A stretch of DNA of 64,000 bases. It comes from an uncultured Microthrixaceae bacterium. GTDB lineage: Bacteria; Actinomycetota; Acidimicrobiia; Acidimicrobiales; VFJN01. The first letter of the stretch is position 1, and each line of letters opens with the position of its first letter. The notes under the pieces were generated by a model, which was not told where the DNA came from, ran no database searches, and worked only from the letters and a program-made list of their open reading frames with translations. Made by a program: the position numbers and the translations under genes. Where the stretch lies: positions 269,000 through 332,999 of the forward strand of contig CAWCGT010000002.1 of NCBI GenBank assembly GCA_963795165.1, given 5' to 3'. Below, one piece after another: positions 51,398 to 61,534 of this stretch.

Positions 51398-52278
51398 ATG
51401 TCGATGACCGAGGGCCGCGTGCCCGCCAACGACCTCGATGTCGCCTACCTGCAGGAAGGGTCCGGTCCCCTGGCCCTCTGCCTCCACGGCTTCCCGGACT
51501 CCGCCTGGACCTACCGCCACCTGCTCCCCGCCTTGGCCGCCAGCGGCTTCCGGGCCGTCGCCCCCTTCCTGCGCGGGTACGCCCCCACCGTCGATCCCGC
51601 CCGACGGGCACTACCAGACGGCCGCGCTCGGCCTCGACGCCTGCGCGCTACACGAGGCGCTCGGCGGCGACGACCAGGCGGTCCTCATCGGTCACGACTG
51701 GGGGGCCTTGGCCACCTACGTGGCCGCCGACCACCAGCCGGATCGGTGGCAGCGGGTGGTCACGATGGCCGTGCCGCCCGCCGCGGCGGTGGCCGGCGGC
51801 TTCCTGTCGTTCCCGCAGCTGAAGCGGAGCTGGTACATGTTCTTCTTCCAGCATCCGCTGGCCGACGTGGTGGTGGCCATGGACGACCTGGCCTTCATCG
51901 ACGGGCTGTGGGCCGACTGGTCACCCGGCTACGAGGCCAGCGAGGACCTCGCCCACGTGAAGGATGCCCTGCGCGACCCGGCCAACCTGGCCGCCGCCCT
52001 CGGGTACTACCGGGCCACCCTCGGCGGGGTGGGGACCGACGCCCGAGCTCGACGCGGTGCAGGAGGCGGCCGGTGGGGACGGTGGCCCGCAGCCCACCCT
52101 GTACCTGCACGGCCGCACAGACGGCTGCATGGGCATCGAGGTGGCCGAAGGCGCCCGCCCGGCCCTGGCCCGGGAGGGGTGCCGGATGGAGGTGGTGGAG
52201 GATGCCGGCCACTTCCTCCACCTGGAGCAGCCCGACGAGGTGCACCGCCTCATCGTCGACTTCGTGACGGCGCAGTGA
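51398..52278 (+). pseudogene. Alpha/beta hydrolase, epoxide-hydrolase-like (at least 2 frameshifts)
   Basis: LDVAYLQEGSGPLALCLHGFPDSAWTYRHLLPALAASGFRAVAPFLRGYAPT / VLIGHDWGALATY (nucleophile)...QLKRSWYMFFFQHPLAD / PTLYLHGRTDGCMG...VEDAGHFLHLEQPDEVHRLIVDFV. Confidence 0.7.
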
Positions 52279-52282
52279 CGGC

Positions 52283-53144
52283 TCAGGCCAGCCCGTAGCG
52301 TCCCGTCGTCGCGCCGCACGACCAGCCCGTCGGCGACGAGGACCGGCTGCCACCCGCCCGGCCCGGCCCACCTCGCCCGGCCACCCCATGGCAGCGGTGA
52401 GCTGGTCGGCCGGGAGGTCGCGGTGGCGGAGCGCCTCCACCAGCCGGCCGCGGCCCTGCGCGGTCGCTCCCGATGAACCGGGACTGGCCGCCGGACACCC
52501 CGGCCGATCCGTCCGCCGGATCGGGGGTGGGCCAGCCGTGCTGCGCCCAGGCGCATCGGTCGCGGACGGGGCAGTCGCCGCAGCGGGGTGACCGACGCGT
52601 GCACACCGTGGCCCCCAGGTCGAGCATGGCCTGGTTCCACGCCCAGGCGTGCGCCGGTCGGGACGGCGCGTCGGCGAGCGGCCTGGGCGGCCGACGCGGT
52701 GAGGCGGTGGCCCTCCCAGCGCGCCAGGACGCGGGCCGAGTTGGTGTCCACCACGCCGTGGTCGTGCTCGAAGGCGAAGGCCAGCACCGCCCGGGCCGTG
52801 TAGGGACCGACACCGGGGAGGGCGAGCAGGCTGGGGAGATCCGCCGGCAGCCGGCCGTGGTGCCGCTCCACCACCTCCGTCGCCGCTCGGTGCAGGTCAC
52901 GGGCGCGGCGGTTGTAGCCAAGCCCGCTCCACCAGCGGATGGGCTCGGCGATGGGGGCTGCCGCCATCGCCGCCGGGGTGGGGAAGCGCTCGAGGAAGGG
53001 GCCCCAGCGCTCGGCCACCCGGGCCACCTGCGTCTGCTGGCCCATCACCTCGCACACGAGGACCTCCCACGGGTCGCGCGTCGCCCGCCAGGGGAGGTCG
53101 CGCTGGCGAAGCGCCCACCAGCTCAGGAGCGGACGGCGCACCAC
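52283..53144 (-). pseudogene. mutY: A/G-specific adenine DNA glycosylase (MutY-family; frame-disrupted)
   Basis: LLSWWALRQRDLPWRATRDPWEVLVCEVMGQQTQVARV...IRWWSGLGYNRRARDLH...LLALPGVGPYTARAVLAFAFEHDHGVVDTNSARV / NQAMLDLGATVCTRRSPRCGDCPVRDRCAW (Cx6Cx2Cx5C Fe-S loop). Confidence 0.65.
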
Positions 53145-53876
53145 TGGACCCGGCACACGTACGGCAGCGGGAACGGCTCGGGCAGCCGGGAGACCAGCGC
53201 CGTCACCTCGGTCGCCAGGCGCTCGCGCTCGGTGGAGGGCATCACCGCGATGTAGCTGATGGACCGGACTCGGTCGGCCAGCACGGCGCGGGTCAGCGGC
53301 TGATCCCATCGCACGCTGTGCTCCTGAAGGGGCGTGAAGCGCGTCGATCGGGCCACCACCTCGGACCAGTCCACGTGCTGGTAGCGGGAGACGGTCCGCT
53401 CGTGCCAGCGGATGAGCCGGCTCATCTCCGCCACCCAGGCGGTGGTCTCGTCCCGCTCGTTCCACAGGATGGCCAGGCGGCCGCCCGGGGCGAGGACGCG
53501 GGCGATCTCGGTGAGGGCGGCGGGGGCGTCGAACCAGTGGAAGGCCTGGGCCACCGTGACGACGTCGACGGACCCGTCGGGAAGGGGGATGGCCTCGGCC
53601 GAGCCGTCCGCCGCCTCGACCTCGGGGACCGCACGCTGCGAGCTCGGCCCGCATGGCGTCCACCGGCTCGATCGCCACCACGTCCGCCCCCAGGGCGACG
53701 AGCCGGCGGGTCAGCTTGCCGGTGCCGGCGGCCAGGTCGCAGACCCGGGAGCCGGGTCCGACCCCGACGGCGTCGGCCAGGGTGGCGATGGCCTCGTCGG
53801 GGTAGCCAGGACGGGCGGCCTCGTAGGCGGCGGCCCCGGCCTGGAAGCCACGGGCGGCCACGTCATCGATCGGCAC
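53123..53876 (-). pseudogene. Class I SAM-dependent methyltransferase (one or two frameshifts)
   Basis: GSRVCDLAAGTGKLTRRLVALGADVVAIEPVDAMRAEL (motif I) / AQAFHWFDAPAALTEIARVLAPGGRLAILWNERDE... Confidence 0.7.
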
Positions 53877-54631
53877 CCGTCCACCCCCTGTCGCCGAGCG
53901 CGGGCTCGAGCACCTCCAAGACGGCATCGGCCCAGAGGGCGTAGCCGTCGTCGCTCGGGTGGTACCGGTCCTCGGCGAAGTAGCGGCCTCGGTCGGCGCG
54001 CATCACCGGACCCGTCTCCCCGGCGATGTCGACGTACACGGCGCCGGCTGCAGTGGCGGCGTCCTCCCCCACGGCCTCCAGCTGCCGACCCCGCAGCCCC
54101 GCGACCGAGCGGAGGGGCTCGAGGAAGCGGTCGGCGCGCCCATGTCCGGTACTCCCAGGACCACGATCAGGGCCTCGGCGGGGAGGCGACCGAGCAGGTC
54201 GTCGAAGCGACGCCGGAAGTCGTCGCGGGAGGTGAGGTGGACGGTGTCGTTGGCGCCGACGCTGATCAGCACCACGTCGGGCTCCAGGGCGGCGACGCGG
54301 GGACCTGCTGGTCGAGCACGTCGTCGATGCGAGCACCGGACACGGCCAGGGACGTGACGTCGACGGGGCGGTCGAGGCTGCGCGCCACGCGCTGGGGCAC
54401 GGCGAACCGGGCGCTGGTTGCCCCCACGCCGGCGGCGGTCGAGTCGCCCAGCCACACCATGCGCAGACCCGGCGGGGGGCCAGCCCCGAGCCGGGCGTCG
54501 TGGTCGAGCGGGGTGTCGTCGGGCAGGTCGGGGCCCATCCGGGCCAGCTGCACCTCGACCCCGAGGACGACCGCTGCGGCCAGCGGGACGGCGACGAGCC
54601 CGATCACGGCTCGCCGGACGCCGCGCCGCAA
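53863..54631 (-). pseudogene. SGNH/GDSL-family hydrolase with N-terminal TM anchor (frame-disrupted; start uncertain)
   Basis: RMVWLGDSTAAGVGA (GDS block) / EPDVVLISVGANDTVH (block III) / YFAEDRYHPSDDGYALWADAV (DxxH block). Confidence 0.65.
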
Positions 54632-55158
54632 CCGCTCACTCGCCGTCGGCGAAGACGCGCGTCGTCCTGGTAGGGGAACTGCCGGGCGGGGGCGTGGTCC
54701 CGCTTCCAGACCATCAGCTTGCGGCGGAAGTAGCAGACCTCTTCGCCGCGCTGGTTGATGCCCTTGGTCTCGACGGTGACGATGCCTCGATCGCCCTTCG
54801 AGGTCTCCTTCACGTCCAGCACCTTGGTGACGGCGTAGATGGTGTCGCCGTGGAAGGTGGGCTTGGCGTGGAGCAGCGACTCGATCTCGAGGTTGGCGAT
54901 GGCCGCGCCGCTCACGTCGGGCACGCTCATGCCGAGCACGAGCGAGTACACGAGGTTGCCGACCACCACGTTGCGCTTCTGCACGGTCTCGTTCTCGGCG
55001 AACCACTCGTTGGTGTGGAGCGGGTGGTGGTTCATGGTGATCATGCAGAACAGGTGGTCGTCGTACTCGGTGATCGTCTTGCCCGGCCAGTGCTTGTAGA
55101 CGTCGCCGGGCGTGAAGTCCTCGAGGTGGCGGCCGAAGGGCCGGTCGTGCGTGGTCAT
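54604..55158 (-). CDS. MaoC-family (R)-specific enoyl-CoA hydratase, itaconyl-/mesaconyl-CoA hydratase-like
   Basis: MTTHDRPFGRHLEDFTPGDVYKHWPGKTITEYDDHLFCMITMNHHPLHTNEWFAE...GNLVYSLVLGMSV...GDTIYAVTKVLDVKETS (hot-dog fold). The last ~15 codons may be frame-shifted; an alternative end ...RVFADGE* exists. Confidence 0.75.
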   Translation of the reverse strand: MTTHDRPFGRHLEDFTPGDVYKHWPGKTITEYDDHLFCMITMNHHPLHTNEWFAENETVQKRNVVVGNLVYSLVLGMSVPDVSGAAIANLEIESLLHAKPTFHGDTIYAVTKVLDVKETSKGDRGIVTVETKGINQRGEEVCYFRRKLMVWKRDHAPARQFPYQDDARLRRRRVSGCGAASGEP

Positions 55159-55174
55159 CGGTCCTGCACCGTAC

Positions 55175-57085
55175 TCAGGGCAACCGGCGTACGACCCACT
55201 CCGCCGCCCATCGGGCGCCCTCCCGGTCGAAGTGCAGCCCGTCGTAGCGCCAGGTCGGGTCGAACCCCGCCTGCGGGCGGTCGCAGTCTCCTGCGGGGCA
55301 GATGGCTGTGAAGAGGTCGAGGAAGCGCACGTCGGCGTGGTCTGAGGCATAGCGCTGATAGGCGTCTCGGAGCAGACGCTCGCGGCGGCCGGCCTGGTCG
55401 CCGTCGGGCACCAGCGGTCCCGTGCGAGGGGGGAGGGCGAGGAGGGCGAGGGTGCCTCGGTGCTCTTGGGTGAGGGCGCGCAGCTCGTCGAGGAAGGCGC
55501 GGAGCAGCGCGTCGTGGGTGGGGCTGCCGGCCAGCACGGCCGTGCCGTCGACCTGCCGGTCGAACCCGTCGTTGGAGAGAGCGACGACGAGCAGCGCCTG
55601 GGGGTGCTCGGCCAGCGTGGCTCCGAGGTCTCGGCGCCAGTCGCCGCAGAACTGGCCTAGATCGGCGGGGGCGGGACCGGCGCCGACCACCTTGCCCGGG
55701 AGGAACGAGCACGCCGGCCGGGCCTCGCTGAGCAGTCGGACCCTGGTGGGGTCGAACGGGCTCTGCGCCGCCGTCCAGGGCTCGAAGGACGGGAAGGCCC
55801 CCACGGTGCCGCCGGCGAGGGTGTGGGCGACGGAGTCGCCGAGGATGACCACCGGGGTGGCATCTGGCGCCGGTGGCGCCGCGGCCACGCGCCGGACGTT
55901 GGGAGGGTGGGTGACTGCCACGAGCAGCAGGACGACCGCGGCCACCGCACCGCCCACGACCAAGGGCGCGCCGCGGTGGAGCCAGCGGCCGAGGGCGCCG
56001 CGGCGCACCGGGCGCTCCAAGAGCCCGTAGGACGCCACGGCCAGCGCCAGGGTGGCGACGAGGCGCAGAATCAGAAGCTGGGCTCCGTCGAGGTCGGTGC
56101 GTGCCTCGTTGAGCACGACGATGACGGGCCAGTGCCAGAGGTAGACGCCGTAGGAGATGACCCCGAGGCCCACCAGCGGGCCCCAAGCCAGCGGGCCAGC
56201 CAGCCAGTGGGTGTGCCCCAGTGCCGCGATCAGGCCGGCCACCGCGATGGCCACCGCGAGGAAGCCGCCGTGCTGCAGCCAGGCCGCCGACTCGTCGCCG
56301 ACGGCCACGGCGCCGCCCACCACGGCGAGCCCGGCGACGGCCGCCGGTGAGGCCCATCGAGTCCACAAACCGGCGGTGGGCGGGCGACCGACGAGGACGG
56401 CTCCGAGCGCCACCCCGACCAGCAGGGAGTGGGCGCGGGTGTCGGTCCCGAAGTAGCCCCTGGTGGGGTCCGCTCCGCCGTTCCACAGGGCAGCCATGAG
56501 CACGGCGCTGGCCGCGCTGCCCGCCAGCGCGCCGATGAGCACGACTCGGCGGTGCAGGAGCGGCTTCCAGCCGGTGAGGCGACCGGCCAGCAGCACCAGC
56601 AGCGGCACGGCGACGTAGAACTGCTCCTCGATGGCCAGCGACCAGGTGTGGCGCAGGGGGCTCTCGCCCGCCACCAGCTCGGTGTAGGTGGTGCCGTCGG
56701 CGATGTAGCGCCAGTTGGCGAGGTAGCCGAGGGTCCAGAGGGTGTGCTCGCGGAGGCGACCGAGCTCGCCGGGGCTCGCCCACCGCCAGGCGTACAAGGC
56801 CAGGCCGGCGGCCAGGAGCAGGAGAGCCGGGGCCAGGCGCCGGAGGCGGCGCAGGTAGAAGGTGCGGAGGTCGATGCCGCGGCGGGCACCTGCCTCGGCC
56901 AGCAGCAGGCTGGTGATGAGGAAGCCCGACAGGACGAAGAAGACGTCGACGCCGAGGAAGCCGCCGGGGAGGGCGTCGGGTGCCAGGTGGTAGCCGACGA
57001 CCAAGGCCACGGCGACGCCGCGGAGGCCGTCGAGCGCCGGAAGGTGCGGAAACCGGGCGGAGTGGAGGTCGGGGTCGGTCGGCAT
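55175..57085 (-). CDS. Acyltransferase-3 family membrane protein with C-terminal SGNH domain (OafA/YrhL-like O-acyltransferase)
   Basis: Intact. FPHLPALDGLRGVAVALVVGYHL...GFLGVDVFFVLSGFLIT...RHTWSLAIEEQFY..., then ~10 TM helices. The C-terminal part VVILGDSVAHTL...DGLHF is SGNH-like. ATG at 57085. Confidence 0.85.
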   Translation of the reverse strand: MPTDPDLHSARFPHLPALDGLRGVAVALVVGYHLAPDALPGGFLGVDVFFVLSGFLITSLLLAEAGARRGIDLRTFYLRRLRRLAPALLLLAAGLALYAWRWASPGELGRLREHTLWTLGYLANWRYIADGTTYTELVAGESPLRHTWSLAIEEQFYVAVPLLVLLAGRLTGWKPLLHRRVVLIGALAGSAASAVLMAALWNGGADPTRGYFGTDTRAHSLLVGVALGAVLVGRPPTAGLWTRWASPAAVAGLAVVGGAVAVGDESAAWLQHGGFLAVAIAVAGLIAALGHTHWLAGPLAWGPLVGLGVISYGVYLWHWPVIVVLNEARTDLDGAQLLILRLVATLALAVASYGLLERPVRRGALGRWLHRGAPLVVGGAVAAVVLLLVAVTHPPNVRRVAAAPPAPDATPVVILGDSVAHTLAGGTVGAFPSFEPWTAAQSPFDPTRVRLLSEARPACSFLPGKVVGAGPAPADLGQFCGDWRRDLGATLAEHPQALLVVALSNDGFDRQVDGTAVLAGSPTHDALLRAFLDELRALTQEHRGTLALLALPPRTGPLVPDGDQAGRRERLLRDAYQRYASDHADVRFLDLFTAICPAGDCDRPQAGFDPTWRYDGLHFDREGARWAAEWVVRRLP

Positions 57086-57156
57086 CCGCGGTCGGGCGGC
57101 GTCGCCGCAGCGCCTCACGCTACGACCCTCCCCACCCCTCCCCCGCCTTGGCTTCC

Positions 57157-57190
57157 GTGGGCGCCGATTCGACGTCGATTCGACGCCCAC
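57157..57190. repeat. Imperfect hairpin gtgggcg...cgcccac enclosing a tandem cgattcgacg(t/c) direct repeat and the palindrome tcgacgtcga
   Basis: gtgggcgccgattcgacgtcgattcgacgcccac read directly, ~70-105 nt upstream of the acyltransferase start (57085). Confidence 0.5.
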
Positions 57191-57330
57191 GGTGCGCGGC
57201 AGATGGGGTCCCGGAGGAGGGTGTCACACCTCATGGCGAAGATTGGGGGACCGTCGCCCGGCAGCCAGTCGGGCCGACCCATCGCCGGCTCAGCGCCGCC
57301 GTGGATCCGACGCCACCGTGAGGTGCACCC

Positions 57331-58002
57331 GTGCGACCACCGGCCCACCCGCGACCAGCCGACGCCGCTGGTCGCTGCGGCACCTACGACCTCCGCCACG
57401 CCTCGGGCCTCCACCTGCCGGCACGGGTCGAACGACAGATCGAGCGCGACGCCCTGGTCCACCGGCTCGAGGTCTTGGATGCCCGACTGGCCGAGCTGGC
57501 CGAGGAGCGGCGAGCCATCGTCGACGAGCTCGCCACCCTCCGACAGGTGCTCTACCCGCCAGTCCCCTGGTGCCACGGGCGGCGCCCACCGCCGCTCGAC
57601 CACGCCCCGCTCCCACCGGCGCCCGACGGCGCCCAGCCCCTGCATGGCCGGGACCTGCGCGCCGCCTGCCTGGCCATCCTGCGCCGACACGGACCCCAGG
57701 CCCTCCGCGAGCTGCACGGCCTCCTCCACCGCTACGGCTACCTCGTGGGCGCCCGCCGGCCCGTCGCCGCCCTCTCGGATGCGATGGCCTACGAGGTCGA
57801 GCAGGACCGCGCCCAGCGCCTCGATCGGGGCCTGTACGGCGCCGCCGGCGCGCCACCCCGCCGTGGGCGGGGCCGCCCAGGCCCGCCCCTCGGCGGCCAG
57901 CCCGAGCCATGGATCGACCAGCGCCCGACCCCGCTCGACCCCGACCTCGACGAGGACCCCACCACCTGGAACCCCGCCCCGCCATCGATTCCGCCGCCAT
58001 AG
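57331..58002 (+). CDS. Hypothetical protein (coiled-coil N-terminus, possible winged-helix C-terminal part, Pro-rich tail)
   Basis: Intact 223-aa ORF (GTG start): ...LVHRLEVLDARLAELAEERRAIVDELATLRQVL...LRAACLAILRRHGPQALRELHGLLHRYGYLVGARRPVAALSDAMAYEV. No family was recognised. Confidence 0.4.
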   Translation: MRPPAHPRPADAAGRCGTYDLRHASGLHLPARVERQIERDALVHRLEVLDARLAELAEERRAIVDELATLRQVLYPPVPWCHGRRPPPLDHAPLPPAPDGAQPLHGRDLRAACLAILRRHGPQALRELHGLLHRYGYLVGARRPVAALSDAMAYEVEQDRAQRLDRGLYGAAGAPPRRGRGRPGPPLGGQPEPWIDQRPTPLDPDLDEDPTTWNPAPPSIPPP

Positions 58003-58026
58003 GGGCCCGTCACTAACCTCCGGCCC

Positions 58027-59610
58027 ATGGCTGCTGATCTCACCGCTGCTGCGGACGTCGTGGAGCTGGCGCAGCGGGGTCGTCCAAGCTGGCACCCGGG
58101 CCTTCCAGGCGGGAGGCGGACCCGACGTTGACCAGGTGCTCGGCTACGACCTGGCCCATGCCGCCGCCGCCGTCGAGACCGCCCGGGCCATGCTCGACTA
58201 CGGCGCGCTCGGCGACACCGAGGCCGCCATCACCTGCGCGTTCGTGGCCGACGCCGTCGGCGAGCTGGCCAGCCGGCTCTTCGGGCGGGAAGCCCTGTGG
58301 GGGATCGACCCCGGAGCCCTCGACGGCGCCCGGGCGTTCTGCGCCACCTACCGCGCCCCGGAGTTCCTGGCCGGGCTTGGCCGGCCAAGAAGGCCGACGA
58401 AACCTCGACGACGACTTCGAGCTCGTGCAGGACACCTTCCGTCGGTTCGCCGACGAGAAGCTCAAGCCCATCGCCGAGCACATCCACCGCCACAACGACG
58501 ACATCCCCGAGGACATCATCAGCGGCCTGGCCGAGATGGGAGCGTTCGGCCTGTCGGTCCCCGAGGAGTACGGCGGCTACGGCAGCGGCGGCGAGTCCGA
58601 GTACATCGGCATGGTCGTGGCCACCGAGGAGCTCTCCCGGGGCAGCCTCGGTGCCGGGGGCTCCCTGATCACCCGTCCCGAGATCCTCACCCGAGCACTG
58701 GTCACCGGCGGCACCGAGGAGCAGAAGCACGAGTGGCTCCCCAAGCTGGCCACCGCCGAGGTCCTCAACGCCGTCGCCGTCACCGAGCCCGACGTGGGCA
58801 GCGACTCGGCCGACCGTCACCACGAGCGCCACCCGCACCGACGGCGGCTGGCTCCTCAACGGCGTGAAGACCTGGTGCACCTTCGGCGCCCGAGCCGACG
58901 TGCTCCTGCTCCTCGCCCGCACCGACCCCGATCGCAGCCTCCGCCACCGGGGCCTCACGTTGTTCATCGTCCCCAAGGAGCGGGGCGAGGGGCACGGCTT
59001 CGAGCTCGCCCAGGACGGCGGCGGGAAGATGGAGGGCCGCCCCATCGACACCATCGGCTACCGCGGCATGCACTCCTACGAGATCGCGTTCGACTCGTGG
59101 TTCGTCGACGACGCCAACGTGGTGGGCGGCGAGGAGGGCATCGGCCGGGGCTTCTACCTGCAGATGGCCGGCTTCGAGAACGGCCGCCTGCAGACCGCGG
59201 CCCGGGCCATCGGCGTGATGCAGGCCGCCTACGAGGCGGCCAAGCAGTACGCCGCCGACCGCGTGGTGTTCGACCGGCCCATCGCCGACTTCCAGCTCAC
59301 CCAGGTGAAGCTGGCCCGCATGGCCATCACCATCCAGGCCGCCCGCCAGGCCAGCTACGCCGTCGCCCGGCAGATGGCCAAGGGCCACGGCACGCTCGAG
59401 GCCGCCATGCTGAAGGCCTACGTGTGCAAGGCCGCCGAGTGGGTCACCCGCGAGGCGATGCAGATCCACGGGGGCATGGGCTACGCCGAGGAGTACGACG
59501 TGAGCCGCTACTTCGTCGACGCCCGAGTGCTGTCGATCTTCGAGGGAGCCGACGAGACCCTCTGCCTCAAGCTCATCGTCCGACGCATGACCGAGCAGGT
59601 GAAGAGCTGA
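58027..59610 (+). pseudogene. Acyl-CoA dehydrogenase with ~150-aa N-terminal extension, (2S)-methylsuccinyl-CoA dehydrogenase (Mcd)-like (frame-disrupted)
   Basis: MAADLTAAADVVELAQRG / VQAGTRAFQAGGGPDVDQVLGYDLAHAAAAVETARAMLDYG... / NLDDDFELVQDTFRRFADEKLKPIAEHIHRHNDDIPEDIISGLAEMGAFGLSVPEEYGGYG...VAVTEPDVGSD / KTWCTFGARADVLLLLARTD...IHGGMGYAEEYDVSRYFVDARVLSIFEGADE. The Mcd assignment rests on the length of the extension and on the mcl neighbour. Confidence 0.7.
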
Positions 59611-60661
59611 TGCGCAGCCCCAAGGACTTCTTCCGTCCCCTGGCCGTCGGCGCCCCGGAGCCGGTGCGGGAGATCCCGTTCCGCGCCGTCGCGGGTGATC
59701 CACTTCTTCCCGGCGTCCAACCCCAAGATGGTGGCCAAGGTCCCCGACATCGCCCCCACCGTCGACGTCCTGCTGGCCAACCTCGAAGACGGCGTCCCCG
59801 CCAGCCGACAAGGAAGCCGCCCGTGCCGGGCTGGTGGAGGTCGGGCAAGGCCTGGACCGACGCCGACACCCAGCTCTGGACCCGGGTGAACTCCCTCGAC
59901 TCCCCGTGGGGCCTCGACGACCTCACCGCGGCCGTCACCGAGGTCGGCGACAAGCTCGACGTCATCATGATCCCCAAGGTGGAAGGGGCCGAGGACATCC
60001 ACTACGTGGACCGGCTCCTCGCCCAGCTCGAGGCCAAGGCCGGCCTGCGAGCGCCCCATCCTCGTCCACGCCATCCTCGAGACCGCCCGGGGCGTGGCCA
60101 ACGTGGAGGAGATCTGCGGCGCCAGCCCCCGCATGCAGGGCCTCAGCCTCGGCCCCGCCGACCTGGCCGCCAACCGCCGCATGAAGACCACCCGGGTCGG
60201 CGGCGGCCACCCCGGCTACCTGGTGCGCCAGGACCCCGTCGACGGCGACATCGAGGGTCCCCGCGCCACCTACCAGCAGGACCTGTGGCACTACACGGTC
60301 GCCCGCATGGTCGACGCCTGCCAGGCCAACGGGATCTTCGCCTTCTACGGGCCCTTCGGCGACATCAAGGACACGGTGGCCTGCGAGGACCAGTTCCGCA
60401 ACGCCTACCTGCTCGGCTGCGTCGGGGCCTGGAGCCTGCACCCGGTGCAGATCGACATCGCCAAGCGGGTGTTCTCCCCCGACCCCGCCGACGTGCGCCA
60501 CGCCCGCGAGGTGGTGGCCGCCATGGGCGACGGCACCGGCGCCGTCATGCTCAACGGCAAGATGGAGGACGACGCCTCGGTCAAGCAGTGCAAGGTGATG
60601 CTCGACCTGGCCGAGCAGCTGGCCGCCCGGGACCCCGAGCTGGCCGAAGGCCTACGCGTGA
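59610..60661 (+). pseudogene. mcl: L-malyl-CoA/beta-methylmalyl-CoA lyase-type HpcH/CitE-family enzyme (frame-disrupted)
   Basis: MRSPKDFFRPLAVGAPEPVREIPFRAV / VIHFFPASNPKMVAKVPDIAPTVDVLLANLEDGVPA / [58 protein letters not shown] / [43 protein letters not shown]...[17 protein letters not shown]...[10 protein letters not shown]...[19 protein letters not shown]. This closely parallels the Chloroflexus-type Mcl sequence as I remember it. Confidence 0.75.
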
Positions 60662-61534
60662 GCGCGACCTCCGCCCCCGCCGCAGCGTCCTCTACATGCC
60701 CGGCGCCAACGAGCGGGCCCTGGAGAAGGCCCAGACCATCCCGGCCGACGCCCTGATCCTCGACCTCGAGGACGCGGTGGCCCCCGACGCCAAGCCCGAG
60801 GCCCGCGAGCGCGTGTGCGCCGCCGCCACCTGCGGCGCCTACGGGCGACCGGGAGGTCGCCATCCGCGCCAACGGCATCGGCACCCCCTGGCACGACGGA
60901 CGACCTGGCCGCCATCGCCGCCGCCGGCCCGGCCGCCGTGGTCGTCCCCAAGATCGACTCGGCCGCCGACGTCGCACCAGATCGAGAAGGCGCTGGAGGC
61001 CGGCGGCGCCCCGGACCACACCCGCATCTGGGCCATGCTCGAGACCCCGGTCGCGATGCTCCGCGCCCACGAGATCGCCCAGTCCTCGGAGCGCCTCGCC
61101 GTGCTCGTCATGGGCACCAACGACCTGGCCAAGGAGCTCCAGGCCGCCCACGTCCCCGGCCGGCAGCCGCTGCTCGCCGGGCTCGGCCTGTGCCTGCTGG
61201 CGCGCCCGGGCCGCCGGGAAGGTGATCCTCGACGGCGTCTACAACGACATCAAGGACGACGCCGGCTTCCTGGCCGAGTGCGAGCAGGGCCGCGACCTCG
61301 GCTTCGACGGCAAGACCCTCATCCACCCCAGCCAGGTCGACCCCTGCAACGCCACCTTCGCCCCCACCGCCGAGGAGGTGGAGAAGGCCAGCCGCATCAT
61401 CGCCGCCTTCGAAGAGGCGGAGGCCGAGGGCCGGGGCGTGGTCACCGTCGACGGCCGCATGGTGGAGAACCTGCACGTGGAGCAGGCCCGCCGCACCCTC
61501 GCCATCGAGCGAGGCGATCGCCGCCCTCAGCTGA
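60658..61534 (+). pseudogene. CitE-like CoA-ester lyase / malyl-CoA thioesterase-like protein (frame-disrupted)
   Basis: [46 protein letters not shown] / VVVPKIDSAADV / IEKALEAGGAPDHTRIWAMLETPVAMLRAHEIAQSSERLAVLVMGTNDLAKEL / ILDGVYNDIKDDAGFLAECEQGRDLGFDGKTLIHPSQVDPCNATFAP. The GTG at 60658 overlaps the mcl stop. Confidence 0.7.
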
